A stretch of 64,000 nucleotides of DNA from Pseudomonas aeruginosa PAO1 (lineage in GTDB: Bacteria; Pseudomonadota; Gammaproteobacteria; Pseudomonadales; Pseudomonadaceae), in NCBI RefSeq assembly GCF_000006765.1, contig NC_002516.2, one strand, 5' to 3'. The position numbers were made by a program, and so were the translations under genes. The notes under the pieces were generated by a model. The model was not told the DNA's origin. It worked only from the letters and a program-made list of their open reading frames with translations, and did no database searches. Positions 18,437 through 29,064 of the stretch are shown here, piece by piece (position 1 is the stretch's first letter; every line of letters starts with the position of its first letter).

Positions 18437-19489
18437 TCAGGCAAGCGCTGTGCGCAGCTGGTTGGCAATGGCGGCCTGGTCCAGCTCCTGGCCGATCACC
18501 ACCAGCCGGGTGCTGCGGGCTTCGTCGGCCAGCCACTTGCGGTCGAAATGCCTGTCGAAGCGCTTGCCGACGCCCTGTACCAACAGGCGCATGGGCTTGC
18601 CCGGAATGGCGGCGAAACCCTTGATGCGAAGTATGTCGTGACGCTCCACCAGCTCGCCGAGGGCCTCGAGCAGCGCAGCTTCCTCCACCTCGGGGAGATC
18701 GACGTGGAAGGAGTCGAACTCGTCGTGGTCGTGGTCCTCGTGGCCTTCGTGGTCGTGGTGGGTCGGCCGGCCGTCGATGTGCAGCTCGGCCTCGGCGTTG
18801 AGTCCCAGCAAGACCGGCAGCGGCAGCTCGCCCCGGCTCGCCTCGACGATCTTCACCGCCGCCGGCAGCTCCCCGGCGATCTCCGCGCGGACCCGCGCCA
18901 GGGCCTCGGCGTCGAGCTGGTCGGCCTTGTTCAGGATCACCAGGTCGGCACTGGCCAACTGGTCCTCGAACAGTTCGTGCAGCGGCGATTCATGGTCGAG
19001 GTTGGGGTCCTGGCGGCGTTGCTGGTCCACCTGCTCGGGATGGGCGGCGAAGGTACCGGCCGCCACCGCCGGACTGTCGACCACGGTGATCACCGCGTCG
19101 ACCGTGCAGGCGTTGCGGATTTCCGGCCACTGGAAAGCCTGCACCAGCGGCTTGGGCAGGGCCAGGCCGCTGGTCTCGATGAGGATCTGGTCAAGGTCGC
19201 CGCGGCGCGCCACCAGCTCGCGCATCACCGGGAAGAACTCTTCCTGCACGGTGCAGCACAGGCAACCGTTGGCCAGCTCGAAAACGCGGCCCTGCGCCTC
19301 TTCTTCGCTGCAGCCGATGGAACATTGCTTGAGGATCTCGCCGTCGATGCCGAGTTCGCCGAACTCGTTGACGATCACCGCGATGCGCCGGCCTTCGGCG
19401 TTGTCCAGCATGTGCCGGAGCAAGGTGGTCTTGCCGGCGCCGAGGAAGCCGGTGACGATGGTGACGGGGAGTTTCGCCAGGGTTTTCAT
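18437..19489 (-). CDS. cobW: CobW (COG0523 GTPase metallochaperone)
   Basis: TGFLGAGKTT, VNEFGE, GCLCC, IETSGLA, His-rich HHDHEGHEDHDHD; 350 aa. Confidence 0.95.
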   Translation of the reverse strand: MKTLAKLPVTIVTGFLGAGKTTLLRHMLDNAEGRRIAVIVNEFGELGIDGEILKQCSIGCSEEEAQGRVFELANGCLCCTVQEEFFPVMRELVARRGDLDQILIETSGLALPKPLVQAFQWPEIRNACTVDAVITVVDSPAVAAGTFAAHPEQVDQQRRQDPNLDHESPLHELFEDQLASADLVILNKADQLDAEALARVRAEIAGELPAAVKIVEASRGELPLPVLLGLNAEAELHIDGRPTHHDHEGHEDHDHDEFDSFHVDLPEVEEAALLEALGELVERHDILRIKGFAAIPGKPMRLLVQGVGKRFDRHFDRKWLADEARSTRLVVIGQELDQAAIANQLRTALA

Positions 19490-19621
19490 GGGCAGCCCTT
19501 GTTCAGCTCGGCGGGCATGCGGACGAGTGGCGCGGACGCAGGGGCCGCGCAACGGATTCGCCACCGGATCACCCCGCCCGGTTGTATGGAAGTCTTGTCC
19601 CCGGGCATCGCGCCACGGGAT

Positions 19622-19795
19622 CGACGAGGCAGGTCTCCTGGCTCACGGTCTGGCGTCTCCGCCGGTTCCCCGCCTTCCCGCGTCACGCAGTGGCATTGGG
19701 GAACGATCGCCGTTCACAGTTGCGGGGGCAGCCGCGGCATCGACCGCGTTCCCTCTTAGCCCCGCCGTCGCCGGCGAGGAACCTCGAACCGGCAA
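19622..19795 (-). ncRNA. Cobalamin riboswitch (full-length) upstream of cobW-cobN
   Basis: Minus strand AAGAGGGAACGCGGT, CTGCCCCCGCAACTGT, GCCACTG..GGGAAGG and GAGCCAGGAGACCTGCC conserved B12-element blocks. Confidence 0.92.
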
Positions 19796-19865
19796 GGCTA
19801 CGCAGTGCGCGGGCCAGGGTCAATCGGGCCGGTTGACGCCCGGCGGTCCTTCATGCTGTCCTAGG

Positions 19866-20000
19866 CGGGTTGTCCCAGGTGTCTCGTGCCGGCGCGCACG
19901 AGGTGAAACGGGAAGCCGGTGACGCTCTCCGAGCCAGTCCGGCGCTGCCCCCGCAACGGTAAGCGCATCGCGCGCGAGCCCGGAGACCGGCCTGGAACCT
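19866..20000 (+). ncRNA. Cobalamin riboswitch (compact) upstream of cbtB-cbtA-cobE-cobM
   Basis: AGGTG..GAAACGGGAAGCCGGTG, CGCTGCCCCCGCAACGGTAA, GAGCCCGGAGACCGGCC blocks. Confidence 0.88.
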
Positions 20001-20111
20001 TTCGTTTGATTCACCCGCGGTGGGCGGGCGCAAGCGTGAAGCGGGCCGTCCGGGCCTGTTCCTCGTGCGTACTCCTCTGCCACGCCCATGCCAATCCAGA
20101 GGGAACGCACC

Positions 20112-20294
20112 ATGTCCAGCAGCACCCTGGCGCACGCCAGCTCCACCACCTCCCTGTCGAAGCGACTGAGCCTGGCCATCGGCGCCGGCCTGCTCGGCGC
20201 GCTGCTGGTCTATTTCGCCGGTTTCTCGCACATCGACGCGGTACACAACGCCGCCCACGATACCCGGCACAGCTCCGGCTTCCCCTGCCACTGA
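20112..20294 (+). CDS. cbtB: Cobalt transporter subunit CbtB
   Basis: One TM helix followed by His-rich HNAAHDTRHSSGFPCH; 60 aa. Confidence 0.88.
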   Translation: MSSSTLAHASSTTSLSKRLSLAIGAGLLGALLVYFAGFSHIDAVHNAAHDTRHSSGFPCH

Positions 20295-20311
20295 GTCGCG
20301 AGGGAACCAGA

Positions 20312-21013
20312 ATGATCAAGCGCATCGCCCAGACCGCCGGCTTCGCCGGCCTGCTCGCCGCCCTGCTGCTGACCCTGCTGCAGATTCTCTGGGTCACCCC
20401 GCTGATCCTCGAGGCGGAGACCTACGAGAAGAGCGAGCCGGTCGCGGCCCAGCCCCACGAACACGCCCCCGGCGTCGCCGCCCATGTCCACGACGAGGAG
20501 GCCTGGGAGCCGGAGGACGGCTGGCAGCGTACCCTCTCCACCACCGGCGGCAACCTGGTGGTGGCGGTCGGCTTCGCCCTGATGCTCGCCGGCCTCTTCA
20601 CCCTGCGCGCGCCGGGCCAGACCTGGCAGGGCCTGCTCTGGGGCCTGGCCGGCTACGCGGTGTTCTGCCTGGCGCCGTCGCTGGGCCTGCCGCCGGAGCT
20701 GCCGGGTACCGCCGCGGCCGACCTGGTGCAACGCCAGTACTGGTGGATCGCCACCGCCGCCGCCACCGCGGTGGGCCTGGCCCTGCTGGTGTTCGGCGGC
20801 AACTGGCCGCTGAAGCTGGTCGGCGCCGTCCTGCTGGCGCTGCCGCACCTGTTCGGCGCGCCGCAGCCCGAGGTCCATGCCAGCCTGGCGCCGGAAGCCC
20901 TGGCCCAGCGTTTCGTGGTCGCCTCGCTGGTCAGCAATGCGCTGTTCTGGGCCGCCCTCGGCCTGGCCGCTGCCTGGCTGTTCCGGCGCAACCGGGGCGG
21001 CGTCGACGCCTGA
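20312..21013 (+). CDS. cbtA: Cobalt transporter subunit CbtA
   Basis: TPLILEAETYE, His-rich loop, APSLGLPPELPG, RQYWW; 233 aa. Confidence 0.9.
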   Translation: MIKRIAQTAGFAGLLAALLLTLLQILWVTPLILEAETYEKSEPVAAQPHEHAPGVAAHVHDEEAWEPEDGWQRTLSTTGGNLVVAVGFALMLAGLFTLRAPGQTWQGLLWGLAGYAVFCLAPSLGLPPELPGTAAADLVQRQYWWIATAAATAVGLALLVFGGNWPLKLVGAVLLALPHLFGAPQPEVHASLAPEALAQRFVVASLVSNALFWAALGLAAAWLFRRNRGGVDA

Positions 21014-21084
21014 CCGCCTGCCACCCGCGACCCTTGCCGGTCGCGGGTCCATAGGCCTCTCCTTCCATCTCCTCCGGTGCGCGC

Positions 21085-21513
21085 ATGCCCCTGCCCATCC
21101 CCAGCCTGCTGATCGCCGGCATCGGCTGCCGCCGAGGCTGTAGCGCCGAGCATCTGCGCGCGCTGCTGGAGCGAACGCTGGGCGAACACGGGCGCAGCCT
21201 GGCCGAGCTGGACGCCCTCGCCAGCATCGACGGCAAACGCGACGAACCCGGCCTGCGGCAACTGGCCACGCTGCTCGAACGCCCCGTGCATTTCCTCGCA
21301 CCCGCCGTCCTGCACGACTACGAGCCGCGCCTGCTCAGCCCCTCCGCCGTCGCGCTGCGCGAAACCGGCTGCTCCAGCGTCGCCGAGGCCGCCGCCCTGG
21401 CCCTGGCCGAACGCCTGGGTGGCGGTCGCGCCGATCTGCTCGGCGCGAAACGCAGCGACGATCGGGCGAGCATCGCCCTGGCACGTCTTCTCACCGAACG
21501 AGAACTCCCATGA
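21085..21513 (+). CDS. cobE: CobE / CbiG C-terminal domain protein
   Basis: AGIGCRRG, ASIDGKRDEPGL, SVAEAAALA. Confidence 0.88.
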   Translation: MPLPIPSLLIAGIGCRRGCSAEHLRALLERTLGEHGRSLAELDALASIDGKRDEPGLRQLATLLERPVHFLAPAVLHDYEPRLLSPSAVALRETGCSSVAEAAALALAERLGGGRADLLGAKRSDDRASIALARLLTERELP

Positions 21514-22262
21514 CCGTCTATTTCATCGGCGCCGGTCCCGGCGACCCTGACCTGATCACCGTCAAGGGGCAGCGCCTGATCCGCCAGTGCCCGGTGATCC
21601 TCTACGCCGGCTCGCTGGTTCCGCAAGCGCTGCTCGAGGGGCACCAGGCCGGCCAGGTGGTGAACACCGCCGAGCTGGACCTCGAACAGATCGTCGAGCT
21701 ACTCGCGCAAGCCCATCGCCGCGGCCTCGACGTAGCCCGCGTGCATTCCGGCGATCCCTCCCTGTACGGCGCCATCGGCGAGCAGATCCGCCACCTGCGC
21801 GAACTCGGCATCCCCTATGAGATCGTCCCCGGGGTCACCGCCACCGCCGCCTGCGCCGCCCTGCTCGGCTGCGAGCTGACCCTGCCCGAAGTGTCCCAGA
21901 CGCTGATCCTGACCCGCTACGCCGCACGCACGAAGATGCCGGAAGGCGAGAGCCTGGGCGACCTGGCGCGGCACCGGGCGACCCTGGCGATCCACCTGGG
22001 CGTCGCCCACCTGGCGAAGATCGTCGAGGAACTGCTGCCGCACTACGGCGCCGACTGCCCGGTCGCGGTGATCCACCGGGCCAGTTGGCCCGACCAGGAA
22101 CAGGTTCGCGGCACCCTCGGCGACATCCTGCCCAAGGTCGCCGCCAGGAATTTCCGCCGCACCGCGCTGATCCTGGTCGGCGAGGTGCTGGCCGCCGAAG
22201 GCTTCGCCGACTCTTCGCTGTACCGCGCCGAGCATCGACATCTCTATCGACCCGGCGAATGA
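21510..22262 (+). CDS. cobM: Precorrin-4 C11-methyltransferase
   Basis: VYFIGAGPGDPDLITVKG, ARVHSGDPSLYGA, VPGVT; 250 aa. Confidence 0.95.
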   Translation: MTVYFIGAGPGDPDLITVKGQRLIRQCPVILYAGSLVPQALLEGHQAGQVVNTAELDLEQIVELLAQAHRRGLDVARVHSGDPSLYGAIGEQIRHLRELGIPYEIVPGVTATAACAALLGCELTLPEVSQTLILTRYAARTKMPEGESLGDLARHRATLAIHLGVAHLAKIVEELLPHYGADCPVAVIHRASWPDQEQVRGTLGDILPKVAARNFRRTALILVGEVLAAEGFADSSLYRAEHRHLYRPGE

Positions 22263-22390
22263 ACCGCCGTCCTTAGGTTCGGCGCCGACCACCGGCAGCA
22301 CGCCTAGACTCGTCACAAGGCTTGCGACAGCGGGCCGGCACGGCTAGCGTTCAGCGCTGGCCCCTTTTTTCCTGAAGCCTTCGGACACCC

Positions 22391-23338
22391 ATGAAACGAT
22401 TCCTCCTCGGTCTGGTTCTGCTGCTGGCGGTCGCCGCCGGCGTCCTCTACTTCGTCCCGGCTACCCTCCTCGCCAGCGTACGCACCGTCGAGCGCGGTCT
22501 CGCCGGTCTCAGCGAGCACAGCGTGCAGGTCGACAACCTGGAGATCGCCTACCTGGAAGGTGGCTCGGAGAAGAACCCGACCCTGTTGCTGATCCACGGC
22601 TTCGGCGCCGACAAGGACAACTGGCTGCGCTTCGCCCGGCCGCTGACCGAGCGCTACCATGTGGTCGCCCTCGACCTGCCCGGCTTCGGCGACAGCAGCA
22701 AGCCGCAACAGGCCAGCTACGACGTCGGCACCCAGGCCGAGCGAGTCGCCAATTTCGCCGCCGCCATCGGCGTGCGCCGCCTGCACCTGGCCGGCAACTC
22801 CATGGGCGGGCACATCGCCGCGCTCTACGCGGCGCGCCATCCGGAACAGGTGCTATCGCTGGCGCTGATCGACAACGCCGGGGTGATGCCGGCGCGCAAG
22901 AGCGAACTGTTCGAGGACCTGGAGCGCGGCGAGAATCCCCTGGTGGTGCGCCAGCCGGAAGACTTCCAGAAGCTGCTCGACTTCGTGTTCGTCCAGCAAC
23001 CGCCGCTGCCGGCGCCGCTCAAGCGCTACCTCGGCGAGCGCGCGGTAGCCGCGTCGGCGTTCAACGCGCAGATATTCGAACAACTGCGCCAGCGCTACAT
23101 CCCGCTGGAGCCGGAACTGCCGAAGATCGAGGCACCGACCCTGCTGCTGTGGGGCGACCGCGACCGCGTGCTGGACGTCTCCAGCATCGAGGTGATGCGT
23201 CCGCTGCTGAAGCGGCCCAGCGTGGTGATCATGGAAAACTGCGGACACGTGCCGATGGTCGAACGCCCGGAGGAAACCGCGCAGCACTACCAGGCCTTCC
23301 TCGACGGCGTACGGAACGCCCAGGTGGCCGGTCGCTGA
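22391..23338 (+). CDS. plaF: Membrane-anchored alpha/beta hydrolase, phospholipase A1 PlaF
   Basis: N-terminal TM helix, HGFG, GNSMGG lipase box, CGHVPM; 315 aa. Confidence 0.9.
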   Translation: MKRFLLGLVLLLAVAAGVLYFVPATLLASVRTVERGLAGLSEHSVQVDNLEIAYLEGGSEKNPTLLLIHGFGADKDNWLRFARPLTERYHVVALDLPGFGDSSKPQQASYDVGTQAERVANFAAAIGVRRLHLAGNSMGGHIAALYAARHPEQVLSLALIDNAGVMPARKSELFEDLERGENPLVVRQPEDFQKLLDFVFVQQPPLPAPLKRYLGERAVAASAFNAQIFEQLRQRYIPLEPELPKIEAPTLLLWGDRDRVLDVSSIEVMRPLLKRPSVVIMENCGHVPMVERPEETAQHYQAFLDGVRNAQVAGR

Positions 23339-23343
23339 AAACG

Positions 23344-23369
23344 CGAACCGGCGCCTGGGCGCCGGTTCG
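23344..23369. terminator. Hairpin between convergent plaF and fabV
   Basis: 12-bp stem CGAACCGGCGCC/GGCGCCGGTTCG; no U-tract. Confidence 0.5.
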
Positions 23370-23410
23370 GGGGAGCGGGAGCCGTCGCGAGGACGGCTCG
23401 GATCCAGGCC

Positions 23411-24607
23411 TCAGGCCTGGATCAGGTTGGCGATCTGCACGTCCGGGTTGACGTCCTGCTCGTAGTCGACCCCAGCGACCTCGAAACCGAACAGGTTGAG
23501 GAACTCGCTCTTGTAGCCGGCGAAGTCGGTCAATTCGTAAAGGTTCTCGTTGGTTACCTTGTCCCACAGCTCCTCGACACGGGACTGCACTTCCGGCTGC
23601 AGTTCCTTGTAGTCGGCACGCAGGCGGCCTTCCTCGTCGAGGCGCGGCTCGGCGCCGTACAGGCTCTCCCGGTACAGGCCGTCGACCTGCTCGATGCAAC
23701 CTTCGTGGGTACCCTGCTCCTTCATCACCTTGAACAGCAGCGACAGGTACAGCGGCATCATCGGGATCGCCGAGCTGGCCTGGGTCACCACCGCCTTGAG
23801 CACCGAGACGCGCGCGTCGCCGCCCAGCGGGGCGAGCTTGTCGCGGATACCGAGGACCTTCTGGTCGAGATCCTTCTTGGCTGCGCCGATGGAACCGTTC
23901 CAGTAGATGTCGTGGGTGATCTTCTCGCCCAGGTAGGTGAACGCGGTGGTCTTCGCGCCGTCGGCCAGCACGTCGGCCTCCAGCAGCGCGTCGATCCACA
24001 TCTGCCAGTCCTCGCCGCCCATCACCGCAACGGTATCGGCGACCTCCTGGTCGCTGGCCGCCTCCAGGACCACGTCCTTGATCACTTCCTTGTCGGTGTC
24101 CAGGCCACGGAAGCTGACCGACTTGCCGATCGGCTTGAGGGTCGAGGAGAACACTTCGCCGCTCTTCGGATGGGTACGGCGCGGCGCGGCCAGGCTGTAG
24201 ACCACCAGGTCGACCTTGCCGAGATCGCGCTTGATGGTCTCGATGGTCAGCCGCTTCACCTCGTCGGAGAAAGCGTCGCCATTGATGCTGCGGGCATACA
24301 GGCCTTTCTCGTGGGCGAACTTCTCGAAGGCCGCCGAGTTGTACCAGCCGGCGGTGCCCGGCTTGCTCTCGCTGCCCGGACGCTCGAAGAACACCCCGAG
24401 GGTATCGGCGCCGGAACCGAACGCGGCGGTGATGCGGGCAGCCAGGCCATAGCCGGTGGAGGAACCGATGACCAGGACCTTCTTCGGTCCGTTGACGACG
24501 GGGCCCTTGGCCTCGACGTAGTCGATCTGTTGCTTGACGTTGGCCTCGCAGCCTGCCGGATGGGTAGTGACGCAGATGAAGCCACGCACGCGCGGTTTGA
24601 TGATCAT
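23411..24607 (-). CDS. fabV: Enoyl-ACP reductase FabV
   Basis: [29 protein letters not shown]; 398 aa. Confidence 0.96.
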
Positions 24608-24744
24608 GAAAACCTCGGTTGCTAGATGCCGGAAAAGCACATTCAGGAGCTAGAGACGTCGCGCATTGTAAATGAGACACCTCCGCTTGGGCGGACCGAA
24701 GGCAGGAATCGTGACCAAAGGGTCACGCGTCGCAGCCCGGACAT

Positions 24745-24770
24745 AAAAAAACCCGCTCCGGGGAGCGGGT
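24745..24770 (-). terminator. Intrinsic terminator of etfBA
   Basis: ACCCGCTCC/GGAGCGGGT stem with A6 on the left, giving a U-tract on the minus strand. Confidence 0.8.
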
Positions 24771-24791
24771 CTTGTCGGCTTGGAATCGGGC

Positions 24792-25721
24792 TCAGACGGC
24801 CTTTTCCAGCTCCGGTACGGCGTCGAACAGGTCGGCGACCAGGCCGTAGTCGGCGACCTGGAAGATCGGAGCCTCTTCGTCCTTGTTGATCGCGACGATC
24901 ACCTTCGAGTCCTTCATGCCCGCCAGGTGCTGGATGGCACCGGAGATGCCCACCGCGATGTACAGCTGCGGGGCGACGATCTTGCCGGTCTGGCCGACCT
25001 GCATGTCGTTCGGCACGAAACCGGCGTCGACCGCGGCGCGGGAAGCGCCGACTGCGGCACCCAGCTTGTCGGCCAGGGCGTAGAGGATCTTGAAGTTGTC
25101 GCCGTTCTGCATGCCGCGGCCGCCGGAGACCACGATCTTGGCAGCGGTCAGTTCCGGACGGTCGGACTTGGCCAGCTCTTCGCCGACGAAGGCGGACTTG
25201 CCGGCATCGGCCGGGCCGGAAACCTGCTCGACGGCAGCCGAACCGCCTTCGGCGGCGACGGCGTCGAAGCCGGTGGTACGCACGGTGATCACCTTGACCG
25301 CAGCCGAGGACTGCACGGTAGCGATGGCGTTACCGGCGTAGATCGGACGCTTGAAGGTGTCGGGGCTGACCACTTCGACGATCTCGGAGATCTGGTCGAC
25401 GTCCAGCAGCGCGGCGACGCGCGGCAGGAAGTTCTTGCCGTTGGTGGTAGCCGGGGCCAGCACGTGGCTGTAGTTCTTGCCCAGCTCGGCGATCAGCGGT
25501 GCGACGTTTTCCGGCAGTTGATGGGCGTAGGCGGCGTTGTCGGCGACCAGCACCTTGGAGACGCCCTCGACCTTGGCGGCGGCTTCGGCCACGGCGGCAA
25601 CGTTCTGTCCGGCGACCAGCACGTGGATGTCGCCGCCAATGGCCTTGGCAGCGGCAACGGTGTTCAGGGTGGCAGCCGCCAGGGCCGCGTTGTTGTGCTC
25701 AGCGATAACCAGGATAGCCAT
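24792..25721 (-). CDS. etfA: Electron transfer flavoprotein alpha subunit
   Basis: [31 protein letters not shown]. Confidence 0.97.
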   Translation of the reverse strand: MAILVIAEHNNAALAAATLNTVAAAKAIGGDIHVLVAGQNVAAVAEAAAKVEGVSKVLVADNAAYAHQLPENVAPLIAELGKNYSHVLAPATTNGKNFLPRVAALLDVDQISEIVEVVSPDTFKRPIYAGNAIATVQSSAAVKVITVRTTGFDAVAAEGGSAAVEQVSGPADAGKSAFVGEELAKSDRPELTAAKIVVSGGRGMQNGDNFKILYALADKLGAAVGASRAAVDAGFVPNDMQVGQTGKIVAPQLYIAVGISGAIQHLAGMKDSKVIVAINKDEEAPIFQVADYGLVADLFDAVPELEKAV

Positions 25722-26470
25722 TAGATTACCTTCGCCTCGTTCTTCAGTTTCTCTACCAGTTCAGCCACGGACTTGACCTTGATGCCAGCGGAGCGTGCAG
25801 CCGGCGCCTCGACCTTCAGGGTCTTCACGGTGGAAGCGGTGGAAACGCCCAGGGCGTCCGGGGTCACCACGTCCAGCGGCTTCTTCTTGGCTTTCATGAT
25901 GTTCGGCAGCGACGCGTAGCGCGGCTCGTTCAGGCGCAGGTCGGTGGTGACGATGGCCGGCAGGTTCAGCGCGACGGTCTGCAGACCGCCATCGATCTCG
26001 CGGGTCACGTTGACCTTGTCGCCAGCGACCTCGACCTTGGAGGCGAAGGTGCCCTGGGCGTAGCCGGTCAGCGCGGCGAGCATCTGGCCGGTCTGGTTGT
26101 TGTCGCTGTCGATGGCCTGCTTGCCGAGGATCACCAGCTGCGGCTGCTCCTTGTCGACCACGGCCTTGAGCAGCTTGGCCACGGCCAGGGAGTTCAGCTC
26201 GTCGTTGCTCTCCACCAGGATCGCACGGTCAGCGCCCAGCGCCAGCGCGGTGCGCAGTTGCTCCTGGGCGGCGGTCGGGCCGACGGAGACAGCGACGATC
26301 TCGGTAGCCACGCCCTTCTCTTTCAGGCGCACGGCTTCTTCCACGGCGATTTCGCAGAAGGGGTTCATGGACATCTTGACGTTGGCGAGGTCGACGCCGG
26401 AGTTGTCCGCCTTGACGCGGACCTTGACGTTGTAGTCGACCACTCGTTTGACTGCTACAAGAACCTTCAT
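25721..26470 (-). CDS. etfB: Electron transfer flavoprotein beta subunit
   Basis: [48 protein letters not shown]; 249 aa. Confidence 0.97.
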   Translation of the reverse strand: MKVLVAVKRVVDYNVKVRVKADNSGVDLANVKMSMNPFCEIAVEEAVRLKEKGVATEIVAVSVGPTAAQEQLRTALALGADRAILVESNDELNSLAVAKLLKAVVDKEQPQLVILGKQAIDSDNNQTGQMLAALTGYAQGTFASKVEVAGDKVNVTREIDGGLQTVALNLPAIVTTDLRLNEPRYASLPNIMKAKKKPLDVVTPDALGVSTASTVKTLKVEAPAARSAGIKVKSVAELVEKLKNEAKVI

Positions 26471-26671
26471 GGATTCCTCGTTATTCTCCGGTGAATAAGG
26501 ATGTCGCCAGACAGGCCTGGCCGGTGATGCTCGCCGGCCGGAAACCGACACTCTGCTAGACAGCGACCGCAAAACCGCCCGTATCTTGACCGGATCACCC
26601 TTTTCGGTCAATACGGCAAAAGGGTGGTTTCCCCCCCTCGAATGCCGATTCTATCAGGCTTCCAAAGAATT

Positions 26672-26716
26672 CAAACAAACGTTTGTATTGGACCTGCCCA
26701 TGCAGCTATATATAAT
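26672..26716 (+). promoter_or_regulatory. PsrA-type operator next to the sigma70 promoter of ETF-QO
   Basis: CAAAC-AAAC-GTTTG (26672-26685) directly upstream of TTGGAC-N17-TATAAT (26688-26716). Confidence 0.75.
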
Positions 26717-26790
26717 GCGCCCGCTCTGATCAGGGAAAGATCTCAGCCACCAATAAACAGATACCGTGAGCCTTGAGTAGGAGATCGATA

Positions 26791-28446
26791 GTGGAACGCG
26801 AATACATGGAATTCGACGTCGTCATCGTCGGCGCCGGCCCCGCCGGTCTGTCCGCCGCATGCCGACTGAAGCAGAAGGCCGCCGAAGCCGGTCAAGAGAT
26901 CAGCGTCTGCGTGGTCGAGAAGGGTTCCGAAGTGGGCGCCCACATCCTCTCCGGCGCGGTGTTCGAGCCGCGCGCGCTGAACGAGCTGTTCCCCGACTGG
27001 AAGGAACTCGGCGCGCCGCTCAATACCCCGGTGACCGGCGACGACATCTACGTCCTGAAGAGCGCCGAGAGCGCTACCAAGGTGCCCAACTTCTTCGTGC
27101 CCAAGACCATGCACAACGAGGGCAACTATATCATCTCCCTGGGCAACCTCTGCCGCTGGCTGGCCCAGCAGGCCGAAGGACTGGGCGTGGAGATCTATCC
27201 GGGCTTCGCCGCCCAGGAAGCGCTGATCGACGAGAACGGCGTGGTCCGCGGCATCGTCACCGGCGACCTCGGCGTCGACCGCGAAGGCAACCCGAAAGAA
27301 GGCTACTACACCCCCGGCATGGAGCTGCGGGCCAAGTACACCCTGTTCGCCGAAGGCTGCCGCGGGCACATCGGCAAGCAACTGATCAAGAAATACAACC
27401 TGGACAGCGAGGCCGATGCCCAGCACTACGGTATCGGCATCAAGGAAATCTGGGACATCGACCCGTCCAAGCACAAGCCCGGCCTGGTGGTCCATACCGC
27501 CGGCTGGCCGCTGAACGACGAAAATACCGGCGGCTCGTTCCTCTACCACCTGGAGAACAACCAGGTGTTCGTCGGCCTGATCATCGACCTGTCCTACAGC
27601 AACCCGCACCTGTCGCCGTTCGACGAGTTCCAGCGCTACAAGCACCACCCGGTGGTCAAGCAGTACCTGGAAGGCGGCAAGCGCGTGGCCTACGGCGCCC
27701 GGGCCATCTGCAAGGGCGGCCTGAATTCGCTGCCGAAGATGGTCTTCCCCGGCGGCGCGCTGATCGGTTGCGACCTCGGCACCCTGAACTTCGCCAAGAT
27801 CAAGGGCAGCCACACCGCGATGAAGTCCGGCATGCTCGCCGCCGACGCGATCGCCGAGGCCCTGGCCGCCGGCCGCGAAGGCGGCGACGAGCTGTCCAGC
27901 TACGTCGATGCGTTCAAGGCCAGCTGGTTGTACGACGAACTGTTCCGCAGCCGCAACTTCGGCGCGGCCATCCACAAGTTCGGCGCTATCGGCGGCGGCG
28001 CGTTCAACTTCATCGACCAGAACATCTTCGGCGGCAAGATCCCCGTCACCCTGCATGACGACAAGCCGGACTACGCCTGCCTGAAAAAGGCCAGCGAAGC
28101 GCCGAAGATCGACTACCCGAAGCCGGACGGCAAGCTCAGCTTCGACAAGCTGTCCTCGGTGTTCCTCTCCAATACCAACCACGAGGAAGACCAGCCGATC
28201 CACCTCAAGCTGGCCGATGCGAGCATTCCGATCGAGAAGAACCTGCCGCTCTACGACGAGCCGGCCCAGCGCTACTGCCCGGCAGGCGTGTACGAAGTGG
28301 TGGCCAACGACGACGGCAGCAAGCGCTTCCAGATCAACGCGCAGAACTGCGTGCACTGCAAGACCTGCGACATCAAGGACCCGGCGCAGAACATCACCTG
28401 GGTGGCGCCGGAAGGTACCGGCGGGCCGAACTACCCCAACATGTAA
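26791..28446 (+). CDS. Electron transfer flavoprotein-ubiquinone oxidoreductase
   Basis: DVVIVGAGPAGL FAD motif, C-terminal CPAGVY and NCVHCKTCDIKD 4Fe-4S; GTG start with AGGAG; 551 aa. Confidence 0.96.
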   Translation: MEREYMEFDVVIVGAGPAGLSAACRLKQKAAEAGQEISVCVVEKGSEVGAHILSGAVFEPRALNELFPDWKELGAPLNTPVTGDDIYVLKSAESATKVPNFFVPKTMHNEGNYIISLGNLCRWLAQQAEGLGVEIYPGFAAQEALIDENGVVRGIVTGDLGVDREGNPKEGYYTPGMELRAKYTLFAEGCRGHIGKQLIKKYNLDSEADAQHYGIGIKEIWDIDPSKHKPGLVVHTAGWPLNDENTGGSFLYHLENNQVFVGLIIDLSYSNPHLSPFDEFQRYKHHPVVKQYLEGGKRVAYGARAICKGGLNSLPKMVFPGGALIGCDLGTLNFAKIKGSHTAMKSGMLAADAIAEALAAGREGGDELSSYVDAFKASWLYDELFRSRNFGAAIHKFGAIGGGAFNFIDQNIFGGKIPVTLHDDKPDYACLKKASEAPKIDYPKPDGKLSFDKLSSVFLSNTNHEEDQPIHLKLADASIPIEKNLPLYDEPAQRYCPAGVYEVVANDDGSKRFQINAQNCVHCKTCDIKDPAQNITWVAPEGTGGPNYPNM

Positions 28447-28454
28447 GGCAAACG

Positions 28455-28481
28455 AAAAAGGCTCCCTCGGGAGCCTTTTTT
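28455..28481. terminator. Bidirectional intrinsic terminator
   Basis: AAAAAGGCTCCC-TC-GGGAGCCTTTTT. Confidence 0.85.
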
Positions 28482-28494
28482 CATGCTGCGCCTG

Positions 28495-29064
28495 TCAGTC
28501 CGGCTGCGGGCCGAGGGGAAAGAACTCGCCGTGGCTCCAGACGCCGAGCCATTCGATGCCGTCGATCCGGCGCGGCACCGCCAGCTCGACCAGCTGGTAG
28601 AACACGTTGCGATGCACCAGCGCCTCGAGGTTGTCGCGCACCCGCAGGTAGGGCGTGGGTTCCTGGCTGCGGGGGTCGATCTCGACGCGCAGCGGATGCC
28701 CGGCGTCCGCCTCGACCTCGTCCTCGACGTTGGTGGCGAAGCGCAGTACCTGCGCCCCGCCCTCGCCCTGCACCTGCAGGGTCACCGCGACGAAGGGCGC
28801 ATCGTCGACGCGGATACCGACCTTTTCCACCGGAGTCACCAGGAAATAGTCGTCGCCGTCGCGGCGAATGATGCTGGAGAACAGCTTCACCATCGGCTTG
28901 CGTCCGATCGGCGTGCCCAGGTAGAACCAGGTGCCGTCGCGGGCGATGCGCATGTCGATGTCGCCGCAGAACGGCGGATTCCACAGGTGCACGGGCGGCA
29001 GGCCCTTCTTTTCGCCCCTGGGGATCTGCGCCAGCAGGTCGTTGGCCTTGCCGGTATCACTCAT
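28495..29064 (-). CDS. DUF1285 family protein
   Basis: PPVHLWNPPFCGDIDMRIARDGTWFY, LVTPVEKVGI, VDDAPF. Confidence 0.88.
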   Translation of the reverse strand: MSDTGKANDLLAQIPRGEKKGLPPVHLWNPPFCGDIDMRIARDGTWFYLGTPIGRKPMVKLFSSIIRRDGDDYFLVTPVEKVGIRVDDAPFVAVTLQVQGEGGAQVLRFATNVEDEVEADAGHPLRVEIDPRSQEPTPYLRVRDNLEALVHRNVFYQLVELAVPRRIDGIEWLGVWSHGEFFPLGPQPD

